From Candidatus Bathyarchaeota archaeon (lineage in GTDB: Archaea > Thermoproteota > Bathyarchaeia > Bathyarchaeales > Bathycorpusculaceae): a DNA stretch of 64,000 bases. Where the stretch lies: the NCBI GenBank assembly GCA_963811105.1, contig CAWEPZ010000013.1, positions 64,001 to 128,000 of the forward strand. The letters are read 5' to 3'. The notes beneath the pieces were generated by a model. That model was not told the DNA's origin and made no database searches. It was given only the letters and a program-made list of their open reading frames with translations. A program made the position numbers and the translations under genes. Of this stretch, positions 19,026 through 28,849 are shown in pieces; positions within the stretch are counted from its first letter, which is position 1, and the number at the start of each line of letters is the position of its first letter.

Positions 19026-21065
19026 ATGAAGAAGAAAATTTGCTTTTTTTTGCTCACTGTTCTTATTTGCTCTACGTTGTCCAGTATTGCTATTCAAGGT
19101 GTTTTGGCGCAGACTCCGAATCTTTTGGATCCTCTATTAATCCCTAAATGGGTCAACCAACTTGAAAAACCTCCGCCAACATATATTTCAAACAATATTA
19201 CAGATAATTCGGGTAATTTGATACGTCAAGAATACGTCGTAAGCATACGGGAATTTGAGCAACAATTATTACCGATTGTTGATTCCAGTGGGAAACCAAC
19301 TGGATTTGGAGCTACTACGGTTTGGGGATTTGAAGGGCAAGCCAAGGATTCGATAACTGGAGAAAATCTAGGTTTAGTTCAAAGTACTCCAGGATGCACT
19401 TTTGAAGCCATTCAAGGCGTTCCCGTTCGGGTGAAATGGGTAAATGACCTTGTAGATGCTTCTGGGAATCCTTTGCCAGCTCTTTTTGCTGTTGATCCAA
19501 CTCTTAATTGGGCTAATCCTAACGGCATGCAAATGCCTAATCCAAATTCTGCACCATCGTTTCCACCTGGTTATCCCCAAGCTCAAAGCCCAGTTCCCAT
19601 TGTGATTCATCTGCATGGAGGAGAAGTTCCGTCGAGTTCAGATGGAAATCCCGAAGCATGGTGGACGGCAAACGGATTGCATGGACCTGCTTACAGCACT
19701 GATTTACCCACCGATGCTAATTCAGCAGTTTTTGATTACCCCAACGAGCAACAAGCAACTACCCTTTGGTATCATGATCACGCAATGGGAATTACTCGTC
19801 TTAATGTCATGTCTGGACTTGCTGGTTTCTACTTATTAAGAAACACGGAGGACCAAGTTGCGGGATTGCTACCACAAGGTGAGTTTGAAATTCCTCTAGC
19901 TATTCAGGATAGAAGTTTTCTTTCAAACGGCTCACTCTATTTTACTAGCGAAGGTAATAATCCATCAGTTCATCCTTATTGGGATCCCACTTTTATTGGA
20001 AATACAATTATGACTAATGGAAAAGTGTGGCCAAACATGGACGTTAAACAAGGTCAATATCGTCTCAGAATTTTGGATGGGTCAAACTCTCGCTTCTATT
20101 CACTGCATTTCTCAAATAATATGCCGTTTACTCAGATAGGAAGTGATGGCGGATACCTTAAAACCCCAGTAAAACTTACTTCTCTAACGATCTCGCCAGC
20201 CGAACGAGTTGACCTATTAGTCGATTTTTCTAATATAGCGCCTGGCGAAAAAATAGTTCTTCAGAATACGGATCCATCTTTGATTACGAATGATGAAAAA
20301 CAAACTGTGGGGCAAATAATTCAGTTTACGGTCACCAATAAAAAAGAGTCAGCGGCACAGTCCTTACCATCTAACCTAAATCCGACGCTTATGGGAAACT
20401 TTCCAACTTTGCCCTCTCCTACTAGAAATAGAACATTCACTTTAATTGAACAAGGCAATCCTGCTGAGCCAGTATTAATGCTGCTTGATGGGCAAAGTTG
20501 GGACGCTCCAGTTTCAGAGAAACCGGAATTAGGCACTACTGAAGACTGGTTTATAGCTAATCCAACGATGCATACACATCCAATTCATCTGCATCTAGTC
20601 CAATTTCAACTTGTTCAGCGCCAAACGCTTGCTTCTGTTGAGTATTTAAGGGATTGGACTACTTTAAATGGAAATCTTCCCCTGAATCACAGCACCATAA
20701 ATATCGCTTCTTTTAATCAATACCTTGTAGGTCAACCGATTAAGCCAACTACGAAAGAAGAATGCTGGAAGGATACCATTCAAGCCGAAGCAGGAACGGT
20801 TACTGTCATCAGAATACGATTTGCACCACAGGACGGTTCAGCCTACAAGTTTGACCCAACTATTGGCCCTGGATACGTTTGGCATTGCCACATTCTTGAC
20901 CATGAAGACAATGAAATGATGCGTCCTTTTTTTGTCGTGGGCTCTAATAATCAGATGGCTCTTTTGTCATCTCTTGCTATAGTTGTAGTAATCGGCTTAA
21001 TAGTGACTGGATTGATTGTTTTTAGACACTTTCGAAGGCGAACAAATAGAAATATTAATCTGTAA
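19026..21065 (+). CDS. Multicopper oxidase (CotA/bilirubin-oxidase-like), secreted and membrane-anchored
   Basis: HLHG, WYHDH, HPIHLH, WHCHILDHEDNEMM copper ligands; signal peptide; C-terminal TM helix plus RRR. Confidence 0.93.
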   Translation: MKKKICFFLLTVLICSTLSSIAIQGVLAQTPNLLDPLLIPKWVNQLEKPPPTYISNNITDNSGNLIRQEYVVSIREFEQQLLPIVDSSGKPTGFGATTVWGFEGQAKDSITGENLGLVQSTPGCTFEAIQGVPVRVKWVNDLVDASGNPLPALFAVDPTLNWANPNGMQMPNPNSAPSFPPGYPQAQSPVPIVIHLHGGEVPSSSDGNPEAWWTANGLHGPAYSTDLPTDANSAVFDYPNEQQATTLWYHDHAMGITRLNVMSGLAGFYLLRNTEDQVAGLLPQGEFEIPLAIQDRSFLSNGSLYFTSEGNNPSVHPYWDPTFIGNTIMTNGKVWPNMDVKQGQYRLRILDGSNSRFYSLHFSNNMPFTQIGSDGGYLKTPVKLTSLTISPAERVDLLVDFSNIAPGEKIVLQNTDPSLITNDEKQTVGQIIQFTVTNKKESAAQSLPSNLNPTLMGNFPTLPSPTRNRTFTLIEQGNPAEPVLMLLDGQSWDAPVSEKPELGTTEDWFIANPTMHTHPIHLHLVQFQLVQRQTLASVEYLRDWTTLNGNLPLNHSTINIASFNQYLVGQPIKPTTKEECWKDTIQAEAGTVTVIRIRFAPQDGSAYKFDPTIGPGYVWHCHILDHEDNEMMRPFFVVGSNNQMALLSSLAIVVVIGLIVTGLIVFRHFRRRTNRNINL

Positions 21066-21176
21066 AGGCGAATTTGTACCTTAACTACTTGCTCAGACTC
21101 ACTTTATTAGCGGATTAAATCGATTTTGACGAAAACTTGCGAAAAATCATAAAGAAATAGTTATATAGAGTTTTTT

Positions 21177-21263
21177 GGGTTGTGGGGTTTGGAGATATTT
21201 TGAGGGGGGAGAAGGGAGAGAGTGCTAAAAAATATAATTTCTCCAAACCTTTCCACCCAACCC
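21177..21263. terminator. Imperfect inverted repeat between the convergent oxidase and cdvC genes
   Basis: gggttgtggggtttggaga ... tctccaaacctttccacccaaccc, flanked by T-runs. Confidence 0.4.
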
Positions 21264-21291
21264 ATTGTTTTGGTTTTTTTGCCCTCCATAA

Positions 21292-22471
21292 TTATAAGGC
21301 TTTGAAAGCCTCGAACCATCTGCTATATGCCGACAACATGTCTAAGGATACACTTGGTTTGCGTTCTTCGAGGATTTGGCGGAAGTCAGTCATTGTTAGG
21401 AATCTTGGTTTTGCTTCTTTGTCCATTGCTTTGCCTGATTCGAAGAATTCGCCGATGAGCTTTAGCTGGGCTGATTGGCATACATCTCGTATGTCGCTTC
21501 CTGAGAATCCTTCGGAAAGCCTAGCTCAGCTCTGTTAAGTCCACATCTGGGTCTATTTGCAAGTTGCTTGCATAGAGCTTAAACATGCTGAATCTTGTCG
21601 TGTGATCTGCAAGTGGAACAAGAATTCTTTTTTGGAATCGTCTAATGAAAGCCCAATCTAAATCCCAAGGTTTATTGGTTGCTCCAATAACATAAACGTG
21701 AAGAGCCTTGCCTTTGTCAACTATACCATCCATTTCTTTTAGGAATTGGTTGCGTACGCGTATTTCCCCGCCGACTTCGTTGTTGTGTGCTCCCATTAGT
21801 GAGTCTAATTCGTCAATGAACACTATAGCTGGTTTTCCTTCGATAGAGGATTTGCGTGCTGAACCAAATAGTTTAGAAACGTTCTGTTCTGCTTCTCCAA
21901 GCCATTTAGACATTATTGATGCTGCGTCAATTGAGTAGAAGTTTGCGTCAATCTCTGTTGCAACCGCTGCTGCTAAAAGAGTTTTTCCACATCCAGGCGG
22001 GCCAAATAGTAGTATGCCTCGTGGCCAGCCAAGTGGGAATAAGTCTGGTCGTTGTACAGGATAAACAATGGCTTCTTTCACTGCTTTTTTTGCGGTGTCT
22101 AAACCTATTACTTCGTCCCAGTTTACTTTTGGTTTCTCTGTCATGACTAGTTCTTCGCTTGGTTTGCTGCTTCCGTTGCCGTCTACCGTTGCTGATCCGC
22201 CGCCTTGAGTATCGTTGTTACTTGCTTCGTTCATTTCTGCCGAAGATACCGCTCCTTGCAACGCTTTGATTCTTTCTTGATAAGCGATGGCTCGTTGCAC
22301 GTAGACTTTGTTTAAACCGTATTCAGGGTAAAGTTGAACAAGTTGCAATAGGCTCTCTATTGCTTTTTGGTAGAGTGTTATTGCTCTTCCTTTTTGTCCT
22401 TGTTTATCTAAACGTACTGCGTCTAAAGCGTACGTTGTTGCCGCTCTCTCAAGTTCGTTTGATGCACTCAT
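21292..22471 (-). CDS. cdvC: Vps4/CdvC AAA+ ATPase with MIT domain; 1-nt frameshift near 21527
   Basis: MIT helices, GPPGCGKT, FIDELD, ATNKPWDLD, RRF; C-terminus ARLSEGFSGSDIRDVC...RKPSVS...WFEAFKAL* continues in another frame to 21292. Confidence 0.93.
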
Positions 22472-22487
22472 TTTTTATTTTCTCTCC

Positions 22488-23390
22488 CTACTCTGGCGAT
22501 TTTAACTCAATTTTGATTTTGCCCTTTGTTCCCAAACTTTCTAGGGCCCGCTCAATTTCTTCGTTAGAAGTTTGAAGGTCACTTGAACATCGACCTAAAT
22601 CTATTTCACCGTTAGTCTTTCGGACATATTCTAGAAGTACATCTTCTAAAGCGGGGTTCTGAACCTTCAGAGAAAATTCTTTGATTTCATGTTTCTTATA
22701 AGAGAACACTGAATTTGAAGGATCAAATCCGGTTTCCTCTGTGGTTTTATGTCCAATCATCTGTGAAGAGGTAGCTGTTAGGGCGACAAGTTCCTTGATT
22801 GGAGTTTTCTCCTTGACCTCTTTAACTGGCGCAGCAATGGGAGGTTCTGGAAGGCTGTCAGCTATTTTTTGTTGCATGAAACAGGTTACTTCTTTTAGTA
22901 TTTCTTCGCCGCCTTCTGTCTTTTTACCAACCGGAATCAAATCTTCATCGGTTGTAATCTTTGCTGCATGGAGTGTTTCTTGAACCGTATCAGCAACCGT
23001 GTTAAGTTCTGAGCTAACATCAGGCAATACCTGGAATAGCTCTTGAGAAACGTTTTGAAGCAACTGCAGTGCAGGTTTCAAATCCGAGACAATGTCGCCT
23101 AGTTCTTTGATTGTTTCTAGACGCATGATTACTCGTTCAATGGCTAACTGAACATTATAAAGGAATTTGACCAATTTTCGAACTTCAGCCAGTTCGGTCG
23201 CGCAGATAGCGGCTTTTTCACGATTCTTCTTTTTTAAGGCACCCATGCAAGTTTCAAAAAGAACTCGATCTCTTTCTTTTAAGCGAAAACTAGCTTGTTC
23301 AAGCTTGTTTTGTTGAACTTTAAGAGTAGTAATAGATTTGTTGGCGACTTCACGTATGGGGGTAGGGCTTGGGTTACTTAGTCCTCTCAT
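22488..23390 (-). CDS. cdvB: ESCRT-III CdvB (Snf7 core, MIM2-like LPEPP, C-terminal winged helix)
   Basis: AAICATELAEVRK, RLETIKELGD, LPEPP, C-terminal LLEYVRKTNGEIDL...ALESL..KGKI. Confidence 0.9.
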   Translation of the reverse strand: MRGLSNPSPTPIREVANKSITTLKVQQNKLEQASFRLKERDRVLFETCMGALKKKNREKAAICATELAEVRKLVKFLYNVQLAIERVIMRLETIKELGDIVSDLKPALQLLQNVSQELFQVLPDVSSELNTVADTVQETLHAAKITTDEDLIPVGKKTEGGEEILKEVTCFMQQKIADSLPEPPIAAPVKEVKEKTPIKELVALTATSSQMIGHKTTEETGFDPSNSVFSYKKHEIKEFSLKVQNPALEDVLLEYVRKTNGEIDLGRCSSDLQTSNEEIERALESLGTKGKIKIELKSPE

Positions 23391-23433
23391 ACCTTAGCCC
23401 GCCTCAGAGTGAAATCTCCTTTTTTTCTGGCTA

Positions 23434-24150
23434 TTAGATGCCAGCTTTTCCGACTTCTTTGACGTAAACAACCACTGGAGGCTCAGGTAGCTTTTGCGCA
23501 GCGGCATTTACTTGTTCTGCATAGGTTTTCGTTCTCTGGGTGATGTCTTGCGTATCGCCTAGTAGCACACTTGAAATTTTGCTTTTTGTCAGTTCGTAAT
23601 CTGTTCTTTCAGATACTGCGCGTTTTAATGTATCTTGCAGCAGTGCGAAAGCAGATTTGTAGTTTTCTTCATCAACTTTTCCTATTTCGTGTTCAATTTC
23701 TAGGTTAGCTATGGCATAGCTTAGAGATGTTATTTCTTCTCGGCATCGTTCAATTTCCACAGATGCTTCGTCAATGATAATTTGCGCGTCTTTCTTAAGT
23801 TGGGTGAGAACGCCAGTGAAGCTATTATGAAGTTCTTGGAAAATTTCTGGAGTAATTTTCTTCTTATCCAAAAGGTCTTTTAATGCTTCATCTTTGCGCC
23901 AAATCAAGGGTATATGGTCGCAGAGTATGCTTGCTTGTGATTTAATTTTGGTTACGAATGTAATATCTGCACCATTAAATCGCAAGCTTTCCATTGGTTG
24001 TTTACTGAATTGGCCATCGCCAAATTCAAGATATACAGCTTCAAATTTTCCACTCGGGGTTAATGCGAAAGATGCAACTTTTCCAATTACTCTTCCATAT
24101 TCGTTCTTTATAGGTTTACCAATATAAAGAAAAAGATTGGAGTTAGACAT
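23434..24150 (-). CDS. cdvA: Cell division protein CdvA (PRC barrel plus helical domain)
   Basis: IGKPIKNEYGRVIGKV; LEIEHEIGKVDEENYK; C-terminal PVVVYV strand; position between ESCRT-III genes. Confidence 0.85.
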   Translation of the reverse strand: MSNSNLFLYIGKPIKNEYGRVIGKVASFALTPSGKFEAVYLEFGDGQFSKQPMESLRFNGADITFVTKIKSQASILCDHIPLIWRKDEALKDLLDKKKITPEIFQELHNSFTGVLTQLKKDAQIIIDEASVEIERCREEITSLSYAIANLEIEHEIGKVDEENYKSAFALLQDTLKRAVSERTDYELTKSKISSVLLGDTQDITQRTKTYAEQVNAAAQKLPEPPVVVYVKEVGKAGI

Positions 24151-24169
24151 GTTTGTTTTTCCTCCTTTT

Positions 24170-24829
24170 TTAGAAACTCTGTGTTGATTTTTCTGATTGT
24201 GGGGCTGAGGGCATTCCTGGGGGCAGATCTGGGAACTTATCTTTTATCTTCTGCTCTGCAACTGTTGCTGCTTCTGTTAGAATCTTCGCTGCGTCTTCGT
24301 TTACTGAGTCAAAGTTTAGTGTCATTCCGCTGCCTTGGCCTGCTTCGATCATGATTCCGCTTAGCATGTTGCCGATTTCTCCCAGTTCGCTTTCTGCTTC
24401 TGGAAATACGCTTGTTAAGCCTGATCTGACAGAACGTAGAACTCCTACAGCTGGACCTAAGGTTGATACTACGTCTCCTAGTTCTGATACTGTTCGTAAT
24501 CTTAATGTGATTTGTTCGAGTGCAAGTTTGGCATTCATTATTAACTTTGACATTTTTCTGACTTCAGCTAGTTCGTTAGCGAAAACGTTTGCGCGCGCGC
24601 TGTCATGTTTTGCGTATGCATCAACTATTCGGGCAAAAATTGCTCTGTCTCTTTGGCTGAACCTGTCTGTTGCTTGGTCTAGCTTTTGTACTTGAAGCTC
24701 GATTCGTCTTACTGCAAAGTCAAGTCGTGGTTTCAATGGTCCTGGCGGTTTTACGGCGTCTTTAATGCGATTTTGGAATGGCTCATCTTCCCGTTTACTT
24801 TCCCACTTTTTTGCGAATCTTTCTGACAA
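24170..24829 (-). CDS. ESCRT-III paralogue (CdvB1/B2-like, no winged helix)
   Basis: ANELAEVRK, LEQITLRLRTVSELGD, KFPDLP; TTG start after a GAGGT RBS. Confidence 0.88.
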   Translation of the reverse strand: MSERFAKKWESKREDEPFQNRIKDAVKPPGPLKPRLDFAVRRIELQVQKLDQATDRFSQRDRAIFARIVDAYAKHDSARANVFANELAEVRKMSKLIMNAKLALEQITLRLRTVSELGDVVSTLGPAVGVLRSVRSGLTSVFPEAESELGEIGNMLSGIMIEAGQGSGMTLNFDSVNEDAAKILTEAATVAEQKIKDKFPDLPPGMPSAPQSEKSTQSF

Positions 24830-24880
24830 TTTGATTACCTCTGAAGACTCAGGGTGCAGAATCAATCTTATACATTGTTA

Positions 24881-24922
24881 ATATGGCCAAGATATGCACG
24901 TATATATGTACAGATATATGTA
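24881..24922. promoter_or_regulatory. Four phased ATATG motifs in the divergent cdv promoter region
   Basis: ATATG at 24881, 24892, 24904 and 24916 (spacing 11/12/12). Confidence 0.3.
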
Positions 24923-25052
24923 GCCAATAAATGTCCATTAAGCTTTAACTGGATGAGTTAAAGATGATGCAGGCACCAAACTGTTTAGACAAAAATATGT
25001 GTTATAGACTAAAAAGAAAGACAGAGCTATGCTAAAACAAAAAGGTGATTGA

Positions 25053-25277
25053 ATGAATAGTAGATTAAAAGTATTCGGAGTAATAGCTGTTTTAGGCTTC
25101 CTAGCCGGCGTCATAGCGCAACTCACAGCAAGCTTTTTCATTCCGTGGATGATCGCAATTTTACCGCTGCTTGGTGGTGCAACAAGCTTCATAATTTCAG
25201 GATTTGCCGGTGCATGCATAACAGTAGTGCTAGTAAGCGCTTGGGCATACATGACAGGCAAAAAAGAGCCGTATTAA
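25053..25277 (+). CDS. Small two-TM membrane protein divergent from the cdv operon
   Basis: 74 aa, two hydrophobic Gly-rich helices; AGGTGA RBS; downstream GAGCCG/CGGCTC hairpin plus T-rich tract. Confidence 0.7.
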   Translation: MNSRLKVFGVIAVLGFLAGVIAQLTASFFIPWMIAILPLLGGATSFIISGFAGACITVVLVSAWAYMTGKKEPY

Positions 25278-25719
25278 GAAGAACCCGGCTCTAACCTCTT
25301 TCTTTATTACAATATTTTCCCGAAATTTTTATTAAATCAAAAAATCCTTGTTTTTCCATTTTTCTCGGTTATGTAGCAGAAAAAGTTGTCATTTGCCCCA
25401 AGCTCTGTCTACCTTGATAATTCAAATATATGCTAACGAAATTTTTTGGACTCAATAGCGGAAAAAGACTTCACAAGCTTCCAGCATTATTAACCCCGCC
25501 TTCCGCTTCATCGTACCTCGATTTTCTCATCGTCCAAACCTGTAGGATATCATCCAAACTTATTTGCGTTTCCTGAAATGGGATTATTCTTCAGGGAATA
25601 TCAGTGTATACTCTTTGCCGTTCTGGTTAAACCTCATTACTTTGTACCTAAGTCGAATAGTGCTAGAGTAGGCTATATTTGCTTTTAAGATTTTAAGGGA
25701 TTCATTATTTTTCCTTTGC

Positions 25720-26000
25720 GGTTTAAAGACTTTTAGATTTTGTTCTTCCCTTGTCTGTTGTTTGTTCTGTTACGGTTTACTATTCTTCTTTTGTGTTGTG
25801 TAATGTGGTGTCGTGTCGTTTGGTAGCGTGTTGTGTTGTGGTGACGGTTGGGGGTGTGTTGAGGGTATCAGTGTAAGAGTAGGAGAGTAAGAGAATAGGA
25901 GAGTGGGAAATAGTAGGAGTAAATTTGAGTATGTGTAGTTTAGTATTTAGAGGAGAGATAGAGAAAGATTAAATTCTAATTCACCAACCAACAACCCCAA
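25720..26000. repeat. Low-complexity GT-rich then GA-rich tract
   Basis: tgtgttgtg/gtgtcgtgtc and agagtaggagagt iterations, almost no C on the + strand. Confidence 0.5.
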
Positions 26001-26146
26001 GAAAATGCAACACTCCTGCAATTCAAACCAAGAGATTAGGAGTTCGGATAATCGCTAGTGAAAGATTAAAGAGATTTCTTTCACTGAACCGAATTCAAAC
26101 TTTTCATCGATAACTATTTATTTTATCTCTATCGTATTTTATCACG

Positions 26147-26377
26147 GTGTTTTTGTTGGAAACTGATAGAAAAATGGAAAATCATTCAAAATCCATGGAA
26201 AAGGCTGCTCAAAATATGGCTGAAACAGTCATTACAATTATGGATAGACTTGCTGGAAAAGAATCGGACCTTAAACTTAGTTTCGAAGACTTAACCCTTG
26301 ATATGGGCATGTTTAAGGTGAAACTTAACGGTGCAATTGTTTTAGACGTCGTTTACGCCAAAGAAGCAAAAACTTAG
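26147..26377 (+). CDS. Hypothetical protein
   Basis: 76-aa ORF, operon-like with the next gene. Confidence 0.6.
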   Translation: MFLLETDRKMENHSKSMEKAAQNMAETVITIMDRLAGKESDLKLSFEDLTLDMGMFKVKLNGAIVLDVVYAKEAKT

Positions 26378-26397
26378 CTTTTCTAGAGCAACGAAGG

Positions 26398-26817
26398 ATG
26401 TCCCTTGCAACTGTCATAGCCGAGATGATAGAGTCAGGAAAAGTTACTGTGTCTACTAGTAAATTTGAAGCCCTAGAAATCAACGCGGCAAACAAGAAAA
26501 TCGAAATCAACGCTCTCAACAAGGAATTCCTAAAACAAGTCCTTGTAGCGGCACGGGACGGAAAAAAGAGCAAAGGAACACTTGACAGCGTAAAGGAAAC
26601 CGTTGGTCAAATTGAAACCGCTCGAAGTAGTCTCGGTCAGCTCAAAGGGGTTGCCGAAGAATTATCTGAGGTAGGCATCACGGTCACGCTGTCGTATAAG
26701 GGCGACGTCGTTGTTACTATGGGTTCTAAGGCAAAGCCTAAACTCTCAAGCGCAGTAACAGGAACAAAAGCTATAGAAATAAACAGTCCACGAAAGCTAA
26801 TAGGACTAGGCATCTAA
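26398..26817 (+). CDS. Hypothetical protein
   Basis: 139-aa ORF with normal codon usage. Confidence 0.7.
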   Translation: MSLATVIAEMIESGKVTVSTSKFEALEINAANKKIEINALNKEFLKQVLVAARDGKKSKGTLDSVKETVGQIETARSSLGQLKGVAEELSEVGITVTLSYKGDVVVTMGSKAKPKLSSAVTGTKAIEINSPRKLIGLGI

Positions 26818-27150
26818 CTGAACACAACATGGTTTACCCCAAAAGTATCTAGTTAGGCAGCAGAATTAAATAATTAGTTAACCGTTGGCTCTTTAACAAC
26901 AAAGGATGTTTTGAGGGAGACTTCTCCAAATGATATTGGTTCAATTTCAACTATGTCAATAAGCATTAGGGTTCGACCTAAATCCTAAGTTTTTTTTTGA
27001 TTAAATTTTGATACTTAATTGAAAAATCTCCAGAATTAATATGCTTTAATTCACGCTCTAAACAGTCAACAAGTAAGCAGATTGCTATACAAGAATAAGT
27101 GCAAATGCTTAAAATCATTTTAGACAAATAAGGAAAAGAGGCGTAAAAAC

Positions 27151-27408
27151 ATGAATAAAGGCAGACTTTACGAAGAATTAATTCCAATTGAACAATTATC
27201 GTATAAAGGGTATAATACTCCTGAACTTGCAAATGCTAAAATAAAGCAAATTTTAGATGAAGTTAAAAAAGAAATGCCACCTTTTACCGAAAAATGGGTT
27301 AATACAGAATACGAAAACCCTGATTGGAAAGCAACCTGTGAAGCTATGAACGAAAGAACAAACGCAAGAGAAAAGTGGTTTATTAAATGGTTTGGTGAAC
27401 AAAAATAA
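27151..27408 (+). CDS. Hypothetical protein
   Basis: GAGG RBS; 85 aa ending KWFIKWFGEQK. Confidence 0.6.
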   Translation: MNKGRLYEELIPIEQLSYKGYNTPELANAKIKQILDEVKKEMPPFTEKWVNTEYENPDWKATCEAMNERTNAREKWFIKWFGEQK

Positions 27409-27657
27409 GCGAAGTTGTAAACCCGACTCCGAATATGCCTATACCTCATATGATTATTCTAAGTAATCCTTGGATCGTGTCTGCTGCTAAGGTGCTTTAA
27501 AACGCTGAACATTAAATTGGTTGGTTGGATTAAAAATTAGCCGAATATGTTGCGGATTTTTGCGACTTAACTAAAATCCATTAAAAAAGGAGTTTAAAAG
27601 AATATGAGTTTCGAAATGAAATCACACCTAAACGATGCGGTTGTTGACGAATTTCTA

Positions 27658-27716
27658 AACAGCCAAACCAAAGAGAGAAAACTTTCAACAGCCAAACCAA
27701 AGAGAGAAAACCTTCA
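27658..27716 (+). repeat. Tandem 29-bp duplication inside a short ORF remnant
   Basis: aacagccaaaccaaagagagaaaac at 27658 and 27687. Confidence 0.85.
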
Positions 27717-28080
27717 AAAGTTCCCGAACGGTTTTCCGGCAAATAGGCAAGGGTAAAGGATAAGATACTTTTTCTTAAAACCTCAATTAGACTACAAATT
27801 TTCCGATGTTCAAAACTCTTTTTAACTGTCTCAAACAAATAGACATGGAAATAAACCAAAGGAGAACGAAAAACATAAAGGGTAAAAAGGTGCGTAAAAC
27901 TGTTTATTGATATTCAAATCATATCAAAATATGATTATACCCCAATTTCATTTACCTTCATGTTTCTGCTCTCTGGAGCATTAATTGGTTTCCTGTTGGC
28001 ATTCAAAACTGTAAGACAATTGAATGGGGTATAATACATTACGAAGCAGCTTTTTAGGCCAAACGTTTTTCTTCAAAGCA

Positions 28081-28272
28081 TTATTTCTTCTTCTTTATTT
28101 CTAGAGAGGCTTCGTAAGGAAAGAACAACGGTTGTTGGATTGAAGGACTAATCTTTATACTGCCTGACCCATCCTTGAATACCAACGGATATTCCCTAAC
28201 AAGTATTCTAACAAATTCTTCCAAAGCATGAGTGGCTTGAGTGATCTGGATTTCTTCGGTCTCTGAAGGCAT
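28081..28272 (-). CDS. Hypothetical protein
   Basis: 63-aa ORF ending in KKKK. Confidence 0.5.
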   Translation of the reverse strand: MPSETEEIQITQATHALEEFVRILVREYPLVFKDGSGSIKISPSIQQPLFFPYEASLEIKKKK

Positions 28273-28560
28273 TTTCTATCAACGATTAATGTTTACCTCA
28301 ATTTTACCTTTAAGTCTATTCTTTCTAAGTCTGTTATGGCGAATGAATAACCGCGTTTGTGTTTAATTGACAGACATAGGCAGACTGTCTAACACACACG
28401 TTTCATAGGGGCTTGCACCTGAGAGAGCATATGCGCGAAAATGAGAGCAGTAGTGGGCGAGTGCGTTCGAGAGAGAAAGATAAAAATTTAATCCCAAACC
28501 CCATCCCAAACCCAAACTACTTCACTTTAACCAACTGCTACTCTCTTCTACTCCTTCCAA

Positions 28561-28780
28561 CTTTCTCTCAACAAGAAAACAAAACCAAACACGACTATTG
28601 AATCGTATCCGTTTCTCTGGATACAAATCATTTTAAGTACATTAACCCGTAGACACGAACTATCCGCGAATAATACGTTGCTATAAAGATGTACTTTGAT
28701 TTTTTCATATAATTCGCCGAAGAAGGTAAGGTTATAAAACCATTTGCAGGATTCGCCAAACCAAGCATTACTTCGGCAAT
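28561..28780 (-). repeat. Dispersed ~200-bp repeat, copy A (decayed gene fragment)
   Basis: Shares an exact 21-mer aagtacattaacccgtagaca (28635-28655) and similar flanks with 31871-32078. Confidence 0.75.
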
Positions 28781-28849
28781 CAAAAGAAAACTCTCCATCA
28801 TGTTAAAATTGAACCAGTGAAACTTGATTTAAATTAAGGGGAACGGAAA

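Noticed and set aside
21521-21530. Stop-codon recoding (Sec/Pyl) in cdvC
   Set aside because: The continuation is in a different frame, so this is an indel and not readthrough
21182-21538. 118-aa + strand ORF
   Set aside because: Antisense of the frameshifted cdvC C-terminus
26960-26990. gggttcgacc, a T-loop-like motif that could mark a tRNA or att site
   Set aside because: No cloverleaf, acceptor stem or second copy seen
27658-27716. CRISPR mini-array
   Set aside because: Two directly adjacent copies, no spacer, no cas genes
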